From assembly GCA_026770705.1 (NCBI GenBank), contig JANJGN010000121.1, forward strand, positions 620,001 through 684,000: 64,000 nucleotides of DNA. The letters run 5' to 3'. The stretch comes from Isurus oxyrinchus. Taxonomy: Eukaryota. This document shows positions 12,950 to 25,669 of the stretch, piece by piece; position 1 is the first letter of the stretch, and every line of letters begins with the position of its first letter. The position numbers were made by a program, and so were the translations under genes. A model generated the notes under the pieces. That model was not told the origin of the DNA. It was given only the letters and a program-made list of their open reading frames with translations, and searched no databases.

Positions 12950-14828
12950 CAGAGAGAGAGAGAGTGTCTGAGAGACAGACAGAGACCGAGAGACTGTGTG
13001 AGAGAGGAAAAGAGATAGAGAGAGTGTGTGCATGTGTGAGGGAGAGTGTTTGTATATGAGGGAGAGAGTGTGCATGTGATAATGTGTGAGAGAGAGTGTG
13101 TGAGAGAGAGTGTGTGTGTGACAGAGAGTGTGTGTGTGTGTGAGAGAGAGTGTGTGTGAGAGAGCGTGTGTTTGTGACAGAGAGTGTGTGTGTGTGCGAG
13201 GGAGAGAAAGAGGGAGACAGCAGAAGAGCGAGATGAAGAGAAATGTTAAATGTTTGAGAGAGAGAGAATGTGTGTGTCTGAGAGAGAGAGTGTGTGTGTG
13301 TGAGAGAGAGTGTGTGCTTGACAGAAAGAGAGATTGTGTTAGTTTTAGGGAAAGTGTGTGAGTGTGTGAGAGAGTGTTTGTGTCTGAGAGAGAGAGAGAA
13401 TGTATTTGAGGGAGGGAGACAGAGAGAATGTGTGTGTGAGAGAGAGAGAGATAGAGCAGAAGAGTGTGATAGAGAGAGATTGTGTGTGTTAGAGAGAGAA
13501 GGTGTGTGTGTGAGAGAGAGAGAGATAGAGCAGAAGAGTGTGATAGAGAGAGATTGTGAGTGTTAGAGAGAGAATGTGTGTGTGTGAGAGAGAGAGATAG
13601 AGCAGAAGAGTGTGATAGAGAGAGATTGTGAGTGTTAGAGAGAGAATGTGTGTGTGTGAGAGAGAGAGATAGAGCAGGAGTGTGATAGAGAGAGATTGTG
13701 AGTGTTAGAGAGAGAATGTGTGTGTGTGAGAGAGAGAGAGATAGAGCAGAAGAGTGTGATAGAGAGAGATTGTGAGTGTTAGAGAGAGAATGTGTGTGTG
13801 TGAGAGAGAGAGAGAGCAGAAGAGAGTGATAGAGAGAGATTGTGTTTGTTAGAGAGAGAATGTGTGTGTGTGAGAGAGAGATAGAGCAGAAGAGTGTGAT
13901 AGAGAGAGATTGTGAATGTTAGAGAGAGAAAGTGTGTGTGAGAGAGAGAGAGATAGAGCAGAAGAGAGTGATAGAGAGAGATTGTGAGTGTTAGAGAGAG
14001 AATGTGTGTGTGTGAGAGAGAGAGAGATAGAGCAGAAGAGTGTGATAGAGAGAGATTGTGAGTGTTAGAGAGAGAATGTGTGTGTGAGAGAGAGATAGAG
14101 CAGAAGAGTGTGATAGAGAGAGATTGTGAGTGTTAGAGAGAGAATGTGTGTGTGTGAGAGAGAGAGAGATAGAGCAGAAGAGTGTGATAGAGAGAGATTG
14201 TGAGTGTTAGAGAGAGAATGTGTGTGTGAGAGAGAGATAGAGCAGAAGAGTGTGATAGAGAGAGATTGTGAGTGTTAGAGAGAGAATGTGTGTGTGTGAG
14301 AGAGAGAGAGAGATCGAGCAGAGGAGTGTTTTAGAGAGAGATTGTGTTTGTTAGAGAGAGAATGTGTGTGTGTGAGAGAGAGATAGAGCAGAAGAGTGTG
14401 ATAGAGATTGTGAGTGTTAGAGAGAGAATGTGTGTGTGAGAGAGAGAGAGAGAGAGAGCAGAAGAGTGCGATAGAGAGAGATTGTGAGTGTTAGAGAGAG
14501 AATGTGTGTGTGTGAGAGAGAGAGAGAGATAGAGCAGAAGAGTGTGATAGAGAGAGATTGTGAGTGTTAGAGAGAGAATGTGTGTGTGTGTGAGAGAGAG
14601 AGATAGAGCAGAAGAGTGTGATAGAGAGAGATTGTGTTTGTTAGAGAGAGAATGTGTGTGTGAGAGAGAGAGATAGAGCAGAAGAGTGCGATAGAGAGAG
14701 ATTGTGAGTGTTAGAGAGAGAATGTGAGTGTGAGAGAGAGAGATAGAGCAGAAGACTGCGATAGAGAGAGATTGTGAGTGTTAGAGAGAGAGATAGAGCA
14801 GAAGAGTGCGATAGATAGAGATTGTGAG
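12950..14828 (+). repeat. Compound (GA)n/(GT)n satellite, ~60-bp higher-order unit from ~13440
   Basis: Repeats of gatagagcagaagagtgtgatagagagagattgtgagtgttagagagagaatgtgtgtgtgtgagagaga. Confidence 0.9.
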
Positions 14829-15092
14829 GACTAAACTCACTGAGAGAAAAAGCTGGACACCCAGCACAGGGAGTGAGGGAACAATGAATTTTTGCCGTGT
14901 TTGGTGAATCGGTTTGCGATGTCCCTTCTCAATCTCTCCTTCCTTGTCTTGACATTAGTTTATTCCCTGGGGCTGTTTAACTCACTGAAAGGTGACATTT
15001 AACCACAAGTTGTTGTTTGAGGAAGAAACGCTGGGGACAATTTCTGAAAAAGTCTCTGTCTTTATCATTTCCATTTAGATGAGGAACTGAAG

Positions 15093-15138
15093 ATGGGAGA
15101 GGTCGGTCTGATATTGATCTTCATCAGCTTGCTGCAAG
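15093..15138 (+). CDS. Gene D: signal peptide exon
   Basis: MGEVGLILIFISLLQ(G), donor caag/gtacaa, phase 1; upstream acceptor ccatttag ending 15078; ends in SLLQ like the gene B leader. Confidence 0.75.
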
Positions 15139-15464
15139 GTACAAATTCATTACTGATCGGAACTCAGGGAATTGGATTCTTTCCTGGAGTGAGGAAGTGA
15201 ACATTTAATTTTAGAGAACAGGGTTAGTGATCACACAGAGAGTGAGCGAATAGCGAGTCAGAGAATTTAGCAAAAGCAAAAGCCTCATACGGACTCGAAA
15301 CACCAACTCTGTTTCTCTCTCCACAGATGCTGTCAGACCCGCTGAGTTTTTCCAGCATTTTCTGTTTGTGCATCAGAGAGCTTGTTTCAATAGGAATGAC
15401 AGTGCATTTATATAGCACCTTTAATGCAGTAAAACATCCTTATTGCTTCACAGGATTCCCCCAC

Positions 15465-15920
15465 AAGGGTTTAACATCCCCTCAGCATCGACCCTGTCAA
15501 ACCCCCCACCACCTCAGAATCTTATATGTTTCAATAAGATCACCTCTCATTCTTCTAAACTCCAATGGATACAGGGCCCAACCTGCTCAACATTTCCTCA
15601 TAAGACAAACCCCCTTCATCCCAGGAATCAGCCCAGTGAACCTCCTCTGAGCTGCCTCCAATGCAGAGTCTATCCCTCCCTAAGTAAGGAGACCAGAACT
15701 GTACACACTGCTCCTGATACAATCTCACCAACGCCCTGTACAGTTGTAGCAAGACTTCCCTCCTTTTATACTCCATCCCTTTGCAATAAAGGCCAACATT
15801 CCACTTGCCTTCCTCATTCCGTGGTGTTCCTGAATGCTGACTTTCTGTGATTCATGTACAAGGACACCCAGATCCCTCTGTACCGCATTCTGCTGCCTCT
15901 CTCCATTGAAGTAATATTCT
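15465..15920 (-). mobile_element. CR1 LINE fragment in gene D intron 1
   Basis: EYKRREVLLQLYRALVR...CVQFWSPYL. Confidence 0.85.
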
Positions 15921-15959
15921 GCTTTTTGATGTCCTGTCTCTTCCCTTGTTGCCTTTCAG

Positions 15960-16261
15960 GAGTGACGTCAGAGGGATGGTCTATGAAGGCGCTGCCTCGG
16001 AGGGCCATCAGCAGCTCTTGTGTGGTTATTCCGTGTAGCTTTGACTTTCCTTCCCACTCTTACACAGCACTGCATGGAGCTTGGTATAAATATTGGTATA
16101 GATGGAAATATACCATCACATACACCAAAGATCCCAATTATGGGGTGGCCACATTCGTGGGACGTGCTAAAATAATCGGCGACTTGGAAGGGAAGAATTG
16201 TTTGGTGAGGATTGACAGTCTCAGAGCTGAAGACAGTGACGTGTATTACACCCAATTCTAA
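15960..16261 (+). pseudogene. Gene D: MAG/sialoadhesin-like Siglec V-set exon truncated in the F strand
   Basis: cctttcag acceptor, phase 1; W...SCVVIPCSFDFP...HGAWY...FVGRAKIIGDLEGKNCLVRIDSLRAEDSDVYY, then TQF-stop from Gypsy sequence; no donor and no downstream Ig exons found on +. Confidence 0.85.
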
Positions 16262-17340
16262 ATCTTTTCACCAATTAGTCGACCTCATGAAGATGTATTT
16301 TCAGCTGAAGCCGTGGGTAATAATGCAGAGGTTTAAGTTTAACTCCAGAGTAAGGGCCCAGGGAGAGTCCATCGCAACCTATACAGTGAAGTGGAAGCAG
16401 GTGACTGAGCACTGGGACCTCGGAGACACACTCAATGACATGTTGCGGGGCCGATTGGTTTGTGTCGTTCACCCCAACGCCATTCAGAGCCGTTTACTCG
16501 CAGAAGCCGACATCGATTTGAAGCGCACCATGGAAATAGCGCCAGGCATGGAAAGTGCTGGGAGAGACTGGCGGGATTTACAGGATGTACAACATGGCGT
16601 CAGTCCTCAGCTGGGACAGGAACCAACCACCGGGCGTGAGGCTCAAACTGGAGAGAGAGAGAGAGAGAGACAGCCGCCAAGCGAGAGACAGTCTCTGCCG
16701 CTCCAGAAACTAAAAGGCTTCGTGGGAGTATTTCAGCAGCAACTCCGAAGTTGGCCTGTTCTCGATGTGGGGGGCATTGAGCACGTACTGGACACCTGCA
16801 GGTTCAAGGGGGCAGAATGCCATCACTGCCACAAGAAAGGGGCGGGTAATAAAGCAATGCAGGGTGAAATCGAGACAGCCCATCAGGCAGTGCACCAACA
16901 TGATGGAAGTGAATAATATCACAGAGCCTGAAGCTGCTGATACCGATGTCTATTCCCTGTCCAATGTCACAGTGGTAAAAACTGAACCTATAACCATCAC
17001 AACCCAAGTGAATGGGCAGCCACTAGTAATGGGGCAGATACGGGAGCCTCAGACACAGTGGTGGAAGAGCCCACATTTAAACAGCTAAATGAAGGAAACC
17101 AGACGCTGCATTTAGAGCCAACAATGGATCAGCTGAAGACACACACTGGAGAATCCATACAGGGAAAGGACCTCATCCCAGTACCTGTGTCCTACAGGCA
17201 GCAGACAGCCCAGCTTCCAGTGATCATAGCGACAGGTGAGGGCCCTAGTCTTCTGGGCCGAGACTGGTTCCAGAAAACCAAGCTCAGCTGCTCTGAAATG
17301 TTTCACTGGAGGAGTTGCTGAGTTGCTGGGGGAATATGAG
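16250..17340 (+). mobile_element. Ty3/Gypsy LTR retrotransposon remnant (gag + aspartic protease)
   Basis: QRFKFNSR..QGESIA..LNDMLRGRLVC..IQSRLLAE gag motifs, CHHCHKKG knuckle remnant, DTGAS (gatacgggagcctca, ~17037) and LLGRDW; frameshifted. Confidence 0.85.
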
Positions 17341-17617
17341 AGTGTATCTCGGAATGAGTTTGAAGAATTGAAGCATCCTCACAGGCTGCAAGTGTCCCTC
17401 AGGTCAGAGTTGGTTCCACTGGAAAATCCTGAAGAGAAAGAAAGCGAATTCTGTGCCGCTCTGAGCAAACTGAAGAAACAGTTGGCAGGGAAGACCCAAC
17501 CATGTCCAATGTTCCAGGAGGAAGGCAAGAGATACAAGGAAGAGACTGAAGAGCTGAAGATTCAGCTGAATGAAACCAAAGAGGCAGTTACAGTATCACA
17601 ACAAGTTTACAGTGCAG

Positions 17618-18113
17618 AAGGAGGCCATTCAGCCCGTCGAGCCTGTTACACAGGAACAGGAAGAGGCCCATTCAGCCCCCTCAAGCCTGTTACACAGGAA
17701 CAGGAGGAGGCCATTCAGTCCCCTCGAGCCTGTTACACAGGAACAGGAAGAGGCCCATTCAGCCCCCTCGAGACTGTTACACAGGAACAGAAGGGGGCCA
17801 TTCAGCCCATTGAGCCTGTTACACAGATACAGGAAGAGGCCATTCAGCCCCCTCAAGACTGTTACACAGGAACAGGAGCAAGCCCATTCAGCCACTGATG
17901 TCTGTTACACAGGAACGGAAGGAGGCCCATTTAGCTCCTCAAGCCTGTTACACAGGAACTGGAGGAGGCCCATTCAGCCCCCTCGAGCCTGTTACACAAG
18001 AACAGGAGGAGGCCCATTCAGCCCCATTGAGCCTGTTACACAGAAAAAGGACGAGGCCCATTCAGCCACTGATGCCCGTTACACAGGAACAGGAGGAGGC
18101 CATTCAGCCCCTT
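17618..18113 (+). repeat. ~43-44-bp minisatellite (gaggccattcagccccctcgagcctgttacacaggaacagga)
   Basis: About 11 tandem units. Confidence 0.9.
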
Positions 18114-19340
18114 GTAGGGTGTGGTGGTGTGTGTCAGCTTCACCTGCGACTTCTGAGCCGTCTGAATCGCTCCCACTCCCTGGGTTCTAGACCTTGGACT
18201 TATTCGGGGCTTGTCACAAAGTGCAGCAGACAACTGGTTTTGGTGCAAGACAAAAACTGAGTTTATTGAAGTCACAAATGAACTTATAACATTAGGATGA
18301 CACTGAGATTATACAGACTTACAAAGTACACTGAGTTAAGAATGGGGAACACACGGCATAACGAGGGAGAATCACGCTACTAATGCCCTTACCCTTGTCC
18401 CACCCCCAAACCCTAACTAAATTGCACTAGGAGAGGTCAGGGGTCACGCTCACCAACCCAGGGTTCCTTGACAGGTGGAAATCCAGCCAGGTAAGCCGGT
18501 TGCAGTTTTGGGGGACGCTCTTTGTGTCCTCTGCGGCCTGTCGTCCCCACGTGGTCCTGGTCTGTGGAATCTGTGAAGGGTCTTCAGTTGGGTGGAAGGC
18601 GCGGTTGTGGGTGGTCGATCTTCATGGAGGGCAGCGGTTGTGGCCTTGTTGTCTTCGGTTGAGCCTGCCACCCCGTGCCCCTCACCGTGATGTTGCCTGT
18701 GGGCCTGCAAACCTCCAGATCTCCTTGCTTAAACTCTGTTTCAACCGCTCCCAACTGCTCACTGCCCTGTGTCAGCTTTCAACACTGCAACCCTTCTGCT
18801 GGCTGGTTTCTCTCCCAACTGACTGCCCAGTTATACTGCCTTTCGAGTTTCTTATCGCAATCCAAATCAAGGTTCGTTCTTTGTTTGTCTTTGGTGGGCT
18901 TCCCCAGGTGATTGATGTCTCGTTGTTGTTAATGGGCTCGCATGATGTTTATCATTGTCTTCCTGCCCAGTAACTAGTTTTGAACTGAAAGCCATTGTAT
19001 GTGTGGAGTATTGATGGGTTCGCATAATTAAATTGCCGGCCTCAGAAGTTAGAAGCGATTATTGATGCAAGATTTAGATGGGCTTCAGTTGCGTGTGAAG
19101 TGAAGTCTTTCTCTGGGTTGATTGTATTAAAGGGAAGAATGCGTATTCTGTCTCCTCTCGTTGTCTGGTTTCAGGCCAAACATTCCGCACTGCTCTCAAT
19201 AAGCCCGGACATGTGCAGCCCCAGGCCTTCATGGGCCCAGCCTCCTGTCTGCAGGGTTTTCCACTTAACTCAGCAGTTTAAAGGTGCAAAAGTGATATCC
19301 TTGTTGATGATATGGAAAATGTGGGAATTTTGAGAGCCCT
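18113..19340 (-). mobile_element. Probable degenerate LTR-element/retroviral remnant
   Basis: Minus-strand AATAAA near 18262 and coiled-coil, gag-like translation around 18700-18900; no diagnostic catalytic motif seen. Confidence 0.3.
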
Positions 19341-19344
19341 TCAA

Positions 19345-20300
19345 GAGAAAGGGAGGGTTAAAGGGGCTGGAGGAGGTTACAGGTATAGGGAGGGGTGTAG
19401 GGGCATGGAAGAGATTACAGAAATAGGGAGGGTTGTAGGGGCTGGAGGAGGTTACAGAAATAGGGAGGGTTGTAGGGGCTGTAGGAGGTTACAGAAATAG
19501 GGAGGGTTGTAGGGGCTGGAGGAGGTTACAGAAATAGTGAGGGTTGCAGGGGCTGGAGGAGGTTACAGAGATAGGGAGGGTTGTATGCGCTGGAAGCTGT
19601 GACAGAGATAGGGAGGGTTGTAGGGACTGGAGGAGGTTACAGAGATAGGGAGGGTTGTAGGGGCTGGAGGAGGACACAGAGATAGGGATGGTTCTAGGGG
19701 CTGGAGGAGGTTACAGAAATAGGGATGGTTGTAGGGGCTGGAGGAGGACACAGAGATAGGGAGAGTTGTAGGGGCTGGAGGAGGTTACCGGTATAGGGCG
19801 AGCTGTAGGGGCTGGAGGAGGACACAGAGATAGGGAGGTTTGCAGGGAGTGGAGCAGGTTGTAGAGATAGGGATGGTTGTAGGGACTGCAAGAGATTACA
19901 GAAATAGGGAGGGTTCTGGGGGTTGGAGGAGGTTACAGAGATGGGGAGGATTGTCAAGGCTGGTGGAGGCTTGAGAGATAGGGAGGGTTACAGTGGCTAG
20001 AAGAGGTTACAGCTATAAGGGTGTTGTGGGGCTGGAGGTTGTTACAGAGATAGAGAGGATTATATAGGCTTGTGGAGGAGGTTACAGATATAGGGAGGGT
20101 TATTTGGGTTGGAGGATGTTACAGAGATAGGGAGGGTTGTGGATGTTGGATGAGGTTACATATATAGGGAGGGTTGTAGGGGTTGGAGGAGGTTACAGAG
20201 ATGGGGAGGATTGTAGAGGCAGGTGGAGGCTGCCTACGGGAGGGTTGTAGGGGCTGGAGGAAAGGGAGAGAGAGAGGAAGTTACAGATATAGGGAGGGAG
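19345..20300 (+). repeat. 37-bp G-rich minisatellite (gtaggggctggaggaggttacagagatagggagggtt)
   Basis: Tandem units. Confidence 0.9.
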
Positions 20301-21349
20301 ACAGTCAGAGAGAGAGCGACAGGGAGAGAGAGCGCAATAGAGAGATTGAAAGACAGACAGAGACTGAGAGTGAGAGAGAGAGAGCAAGTGTGAAAGATGG
20401 TGGAAGGGAAGAGTGGGGAGGTGTTGGCCTGATGGTATTTTCACTGGACCAGTAATCCAGAGACCCAGTGTAATGCTCCTGGGACCCTGGTTAGAATCCC
20501 ACCACAGCAGTTGGTGGGATTTGAACTCAATAAAAACCTGGAATTAAAAGTCAGATGATGACCAGGAAACCATTGCCGATTCTTGTATTTGGGTCACAAA
20601 TGCCCTTTAGGGAGGGAAATCTGCTGTCCTTACCTGGTCTGGCCTACATGTGACTCCAGACCCACAGCAATGTGGTTCACTTTTAAAAAGTGGCCTCTGA
20701 ACAAGGGCAATTAGGGTTGGGCAATAAATGCTGGCCTAGGCAGTGATGTCCACATCACATGAAAGAATGAAATAAAAGGACAGAGAGGGACAGACAGAGT
20801 CGAGAGACACCCAGAATGAAAAAAACACAGTAAACACTGGAAAATAAACATTCTGGTCTGATCTGGTCTTGTATACCTTCAAATGGAACACCAGTAAAAC
20901 AGGGAAATAAGAGTACTGGGCCAAACTGTTAGAGAGGGTCACATTTAGAGAGAGAGAGAGAGAGAGAAAGAGGGAGACACTGAAAGAGATAAGGACAAGG
21001 AAAGAAAGAGTGAGAGAGAGAGACAGAGAGAGACACACAAAGAAGTAGAAAGAAAGTGATAGAGATGAAGCAGGAGAGAATGAGGAGAAAGATAGATAGA
21101 TAGAGAGAGAGGATGGTAGAGAAAGAGAACGAGAGGAAAAGAGACAAAGGCAGAATGTGATGGAACACTGAATCCTTGTCTATGCGTTTTGAAATCCAGC
21201 CCAGAACTATCATTGGAAGATTCAGCGAGTGTCCAGTACAGGGGACCCAGCCCAACCTTCTCATCCTGACCTTCCCAGTGGGGCTGAAGAGGGCAGAGAG
21301 GAAACCTTCCTCTGTTATTCTGTTGTCGAATAAACACAACAATTCTGGA

Positions 21350-21955
21350 ACTCTGCCCTTTCTATCTCACGGATTAGAATATAAGGGGGCAGAGGTCATG
21401 CTTCAGTCTACATAAAGCCCTGGCTAGACCACACCTGGAGTCACTGTGAGACATTCTGGGCCCCACACCTTAGGAAGGATATATTGACCTCGGAGGGAGA
21501 GCAGTGTCAGTTTACCAGAATGAGACCGGGACTCCAAGGGTTAAATCACAAGGAGAGATTAAACACAAACTCGGCTTGTATTCCCTGGAAGTTAGAATGT
21601 TAAGCAGGAGATTTGATGAAAGTTCGCATGATATTAAGGGGAACAGATTGGGGGCGATAAAGAGAAACCATTTCCCCTGGTTGGGGGGAGTCTGGGACTC
21701 GGGGTCAGAGCCTAAAAAGGAATTAAATTAGGAAGTACAAAGGGTGGGAGAAATTTGGAACTCTCTTCCCCAAACAGGAACTGATGCACGATCAAGTTGT
21801 TCATTTTAAACCTGTGAGACTGATAGATTTTTGTTATCCAAAGGTATTAAAGGAGATGGGACAAAAGCATATGGGGCTAGTTTGCAGATCAGCCATGAAC
21901 TCTTTGACTGGTGGAGCAGGCTCGAGGGGCCAAATGGCCTCCTCCTACCCTTATG
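21350..21955 (+). mobile_element. CR1 LINE 3' fragment
   Basis: GLEYKGAEVMLQ...LGLYSLE; 3' tail ggccaaatggcctcctcct. Confidence 0.8.
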
Positions 21956-22909
21956 TAATAGAAACTTACCTGTCAGAAGCCAGTTTATGTTGATGTGAGT
22001 CTGAGTCGATGACTGAACCCAGTTGGTAACTTGTTCCATACAAAGCAAGAACGTTCATGCCCTTCAATGTTCCTGGATAAACCATTAACAAAGCTGGTGA
22101 CAGACAGTCTCCACATGGTAAACACTGACCGATCAACACATGACATGGCTGTTAACCCCTAAACCTCAGCGTAAATCAGTTCCCCCTCGAGGCCCCTTGT
22201 CCGAAATAAAAGCAACGCACACAATTTGTAAAATAGTAAGTGTCTGGCAGGAAGGAGGAGCAATGAGAGGAGTAAGGGGTTAGGGGGCGTGCGCTTCACC
22301 TGATTTGCCGACATAAGAACCAGCCCCTATGTTTTTGCTATGTTGTGTTGCATCAATATGAACACATATTTGCACAAGGTGAAGGGCGTTGCGGAGGGAC
22401 TGATAGTTCTCGGCGCCAGACAGTCAATGTCCCAGTGACCTTACTGCTGGTCCCAGGCCAGTGGGACAGGGAACATCGACACTGCAATATCCAGAAATGG
22501 GTGTGATACCACACAGCTACCCACCCGCGGCTGTCCCCTTCAAGTGTTTCAGGTATAAGAGCAGGAAGCTCCTCTAGTTACAAACCAAAGCATCAAAGCA
22601 GAGCCAGAAGATCAGAAGAGACAGGCAGAGATGGGAAGCTCCCAGATGAAATGGCGACTTGTCTTGTTCACTCTGACTTTGCTGCTCTCCCTGCAGCTGA
22701 GTCACTTCTTCTCCTTGTCGAGGTTAAGCTAAGAGATGTCCCTCTGGGTGAGGTGTTTCTTGCACATGACTCTACGTCTACCACCCAGATAGACTGGTCT
22801 CTTCCGCAGTTTGATATTATTATGTTCGTGCCTTTAATATTGTCGCCCTCTATGAATTTAACATCATTTCCTTCTGTCATTTCCCCTGAAATTCTCATTC
22901 TTGTTTTCA

Positions 22910-24140
22910 ATCCCTCCTCAGCGACTCCCTATCTCTGTAACCTCCTCCAGCCCGTACAACCCTCCCTATCTCTGTAAACTCCTCCAGCCCCTACAACCCT
23001 CCCTATCTCTGTAACCTCCACCAGGCCTTACAACCCTCCCTATCTCTGTAACCTCCTCCAGCCCCTACACCCCTCCCTATCTCTGTAACCTCCTCCAGCC
23101 CCTACAGCCCTCCCTATCTCTGTAACTTCCTCCAGCCCCTACAACCCTCCCTATCTCTGTAACCTCCTCCAGCCCGTACAACCCTCCCTATCTCTGTAAC
23201 CTCCTCCAGCCCCTACAACCCTCCCTATGTCTGTAACCTCCTCCAGCCCCTACAACCCTCCCTATCTCTGTAACATCCTCCAGCCCCTACAACAATCCCT
23301 ATCTCTGTAACATCCTACAGTCTCGACAACCCTCCCTATCTCTGTAACCTCCTCCAGTCCCTATAACCCTCCCTATCTCTGTAACCTCCTCCAGACCCGA
23401 CAACCCTCCCTATCTATGTAACCTCCTACAGTCCCCACAACACTCCCTATCTCTGTAACCTCCCCCAGGCCCCACAACCCTCACGATCACTGTAACCTCC
23501 TCCAGACCCTACAACCCTCCCTATCTCTGTAACCTGCTCCAGACCCTACAACCCTCCCTATCTCTGTAACCTGTTCCAGACCCTACAACCCTCCCTATCT
23601 CTGTAACCTGCTCCAGACCCTACAACCCTCCCTATCTCTGTAAAGTCCTCCAGGCCCCACAACCCTCACAATCACTGTAACCTCCTCCAGCCCCTACAAT
23701 CGTCCTGAACTCTATAACCTCCTCTCCACACTATAACTCTCCCTATCTCTGTAACCTCCTGTGGCCTCTACAGCAGTGTCTATTTTGGTAACCTCCTACA
23801 GCCTCTACAACCCTCCCTACATCTGTAACCTCCTCCAGCCCCCACAACCACCCCATCTCTGTAACCTCCTACAGCCTCTACAACCCTCCCTATCTCTGTA
23901 ACTTCCTACAGACCTTACAACCCTCCCTATCTCTGTAACCTCCTACAGCCTCTACAGCCCTCCGTTTTTCTGTAACCTCCTCCAGCCCCTACAACCCTCC
24001 CTATCTCTGTAACTTCCTACAGCCCTTACAACCCTCCCTTTCTCTTTAACCTCCTACAGCCTCTACAGCCCTCCCTATATCTGTAACCTCCTCCAGCCCC
24101 TACAACAATCCCCATCTCTGTAACTTCCTCCAGCCCCTAC
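22910..24140 (-). repeat. 37-bp minisatellite, inverted relative to 19345-20300
   Basis: ccctatctctgtaacctcctccagcccctacaac units. Confidence 0.9.
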
Positions 24141-24699
24141 AAGGAAGTGAACATATCCCCACAGGAATTTTAAATGTAACCCACGCCGGGAATAGTGAGA
24201 GGGAGACTGATCCAGCCTGGGAGTGGGTTAAAGAGAGGCTGGGAGTCGAGAGTCGGAGAGAGGGATGGAATGGGGGAGGGAGGGATTGGAAGAGAGAGAC
24301 AGAGAGTGGGACGGGGACGGGTGAAAGGGAAAGAACATAGGTGGGAGAGAGTGACAGAGGGAGAAATTAAAGAAGAGATGCAGAGTGAGGGAAAGTGAAA
24401 AGGGAAGAGAGATTGTCCAAGAGAGAGAAATTAACAGGGAAGGGAGAGTTACAGAGTGAGCGAAAGGTACAAAAATAGTGTGAGAGAGAGGGAGAGATAC
24501 AGAGTGGGAGAAGGAGACAGGGGAGAGAGAGGGAGAGAGACAGGAAAAGGGAGAGAGGAGAGAAAGATTGGGAGAGAGGGCAATTGAGAGGAAGATTAGG
24601 AGAGAGAGAGACAGGGAGAGGAGGAGTGGAAGAGAGGAAGAGAGAGAGAGATATGGAGCAGGAGAACACCTCCTCCGGTCCCGATGTTCCTCCAAAATC

Positions 24700-25000
24700 T
24701 CTGACATTACTGCATCTCCCGGGTCCCCCTGATTCCCATTGCTCCACCATTGGCGGCCGTGCCTTCAGCTGCCTGGGGCCCTGAGCTCCGGAATACCCTC
24801 CCTTAACCTCTCTGCCTCTCTCTCTCTCTCTCCTTTAAGACGCTCCTTAAAAACTGACATCTTTGACCAAGCTTTTGGTCACCTATCCCTAATATCTCCA
24901 TATGTGACTCAGTGTTAGACTTCTCTCTGATTTACGCTCCGGTAATGTGGGCTGGGACATTTTGCAATGTCAGAGGCGCTGTGTAAATGCAAGTTGTGAG
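24700..25000 (+). mobile_element. L2-like LINE 3' tail
   Basis: ccattggcggccgtgccttcagctgcctggg...tttgaccaagcttttggtcac...aggcgctgtgtaaatgcaag. Confidence 0.65.
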
Positions 25001-25237
25001 TGTTATGTGGAAGGGAGACCCCAGGCGGCAGTCAGTGCCAGAGACTGGAGTCATTGTGTGCAGACCGTATCTAATCTCTCCGAATGCACAATCGGTTTGA
25101 CTGTCAGCCAAAGCACTTTTGATATTTGATCCTTCTAACTGTTTATAACCAGGCCTACATCATACACCAAGAGGCTGGTTAATCAACAGACACCTTAGAG
25201 GATCAAGTGAAAGACAAAGAGGACTTGCATTTCTCTA

Positions 25238-25386
25238 TAAAAACAAAGAAAACTGCGGATGCTGGAAATCCAAAACAAAAACAGAATTACCTGGAAAAAC
25301 TCAGCAGGTCTGGCAGCATCGGCGGAGAAGAAAAGAGTTGATGTTTCGAGTCCTCAGAAGGGTCATGAGGACTCGAAACGTCAACT
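25238..25386. mobile_element. Short Penelope-type non-autonomous insert with 14-bp target-site duplication and terminal hairpin
   Basis: cttgcatttctcta at 25224-25237 and 25387-25400; relatives at ~15280-15365, ~32750-32843, ~60100-60235. Confidence 0.65.
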
Positions 25387-25669
25387 CTTGCATTTCTCTA
25401 GCGCCTTCCATCACATCAGGACGTCCCAAACTGTTTCGCAGACAATCAAGTGCTTTTTTTCTTTCATGTGAGGTCACTGATGTACTGTGGGAAAAGAATC
25501 AGCCATTGGTGCACTGTAAGATCCCACAGACAGCAGCATGATAATGACCAGCGCATTCCCAGTACTTGCACTGCAAGTGTCAGTTCAGGGTGTCTGCTCG
25601 ATTCTCTGCAACTCTCAGCTCTGAGTTAAAAGGACCACCAGGCGTAATTGAGAAATTACCGAGCTGTCG

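Noticed and set aside
16212-16916. In-frame V-gag fusion or domesticated gag gene
   Set aside because: V and gag frames differ, V stops at 16261, and gag/protease carry frameshifts.
22560-22910. 80-aa minus ORF and a hydrophobic stretch in unique sequence
   Set aside because: Starts in L2-derived sequence, has no recognisable domain and no supporting splice structure.
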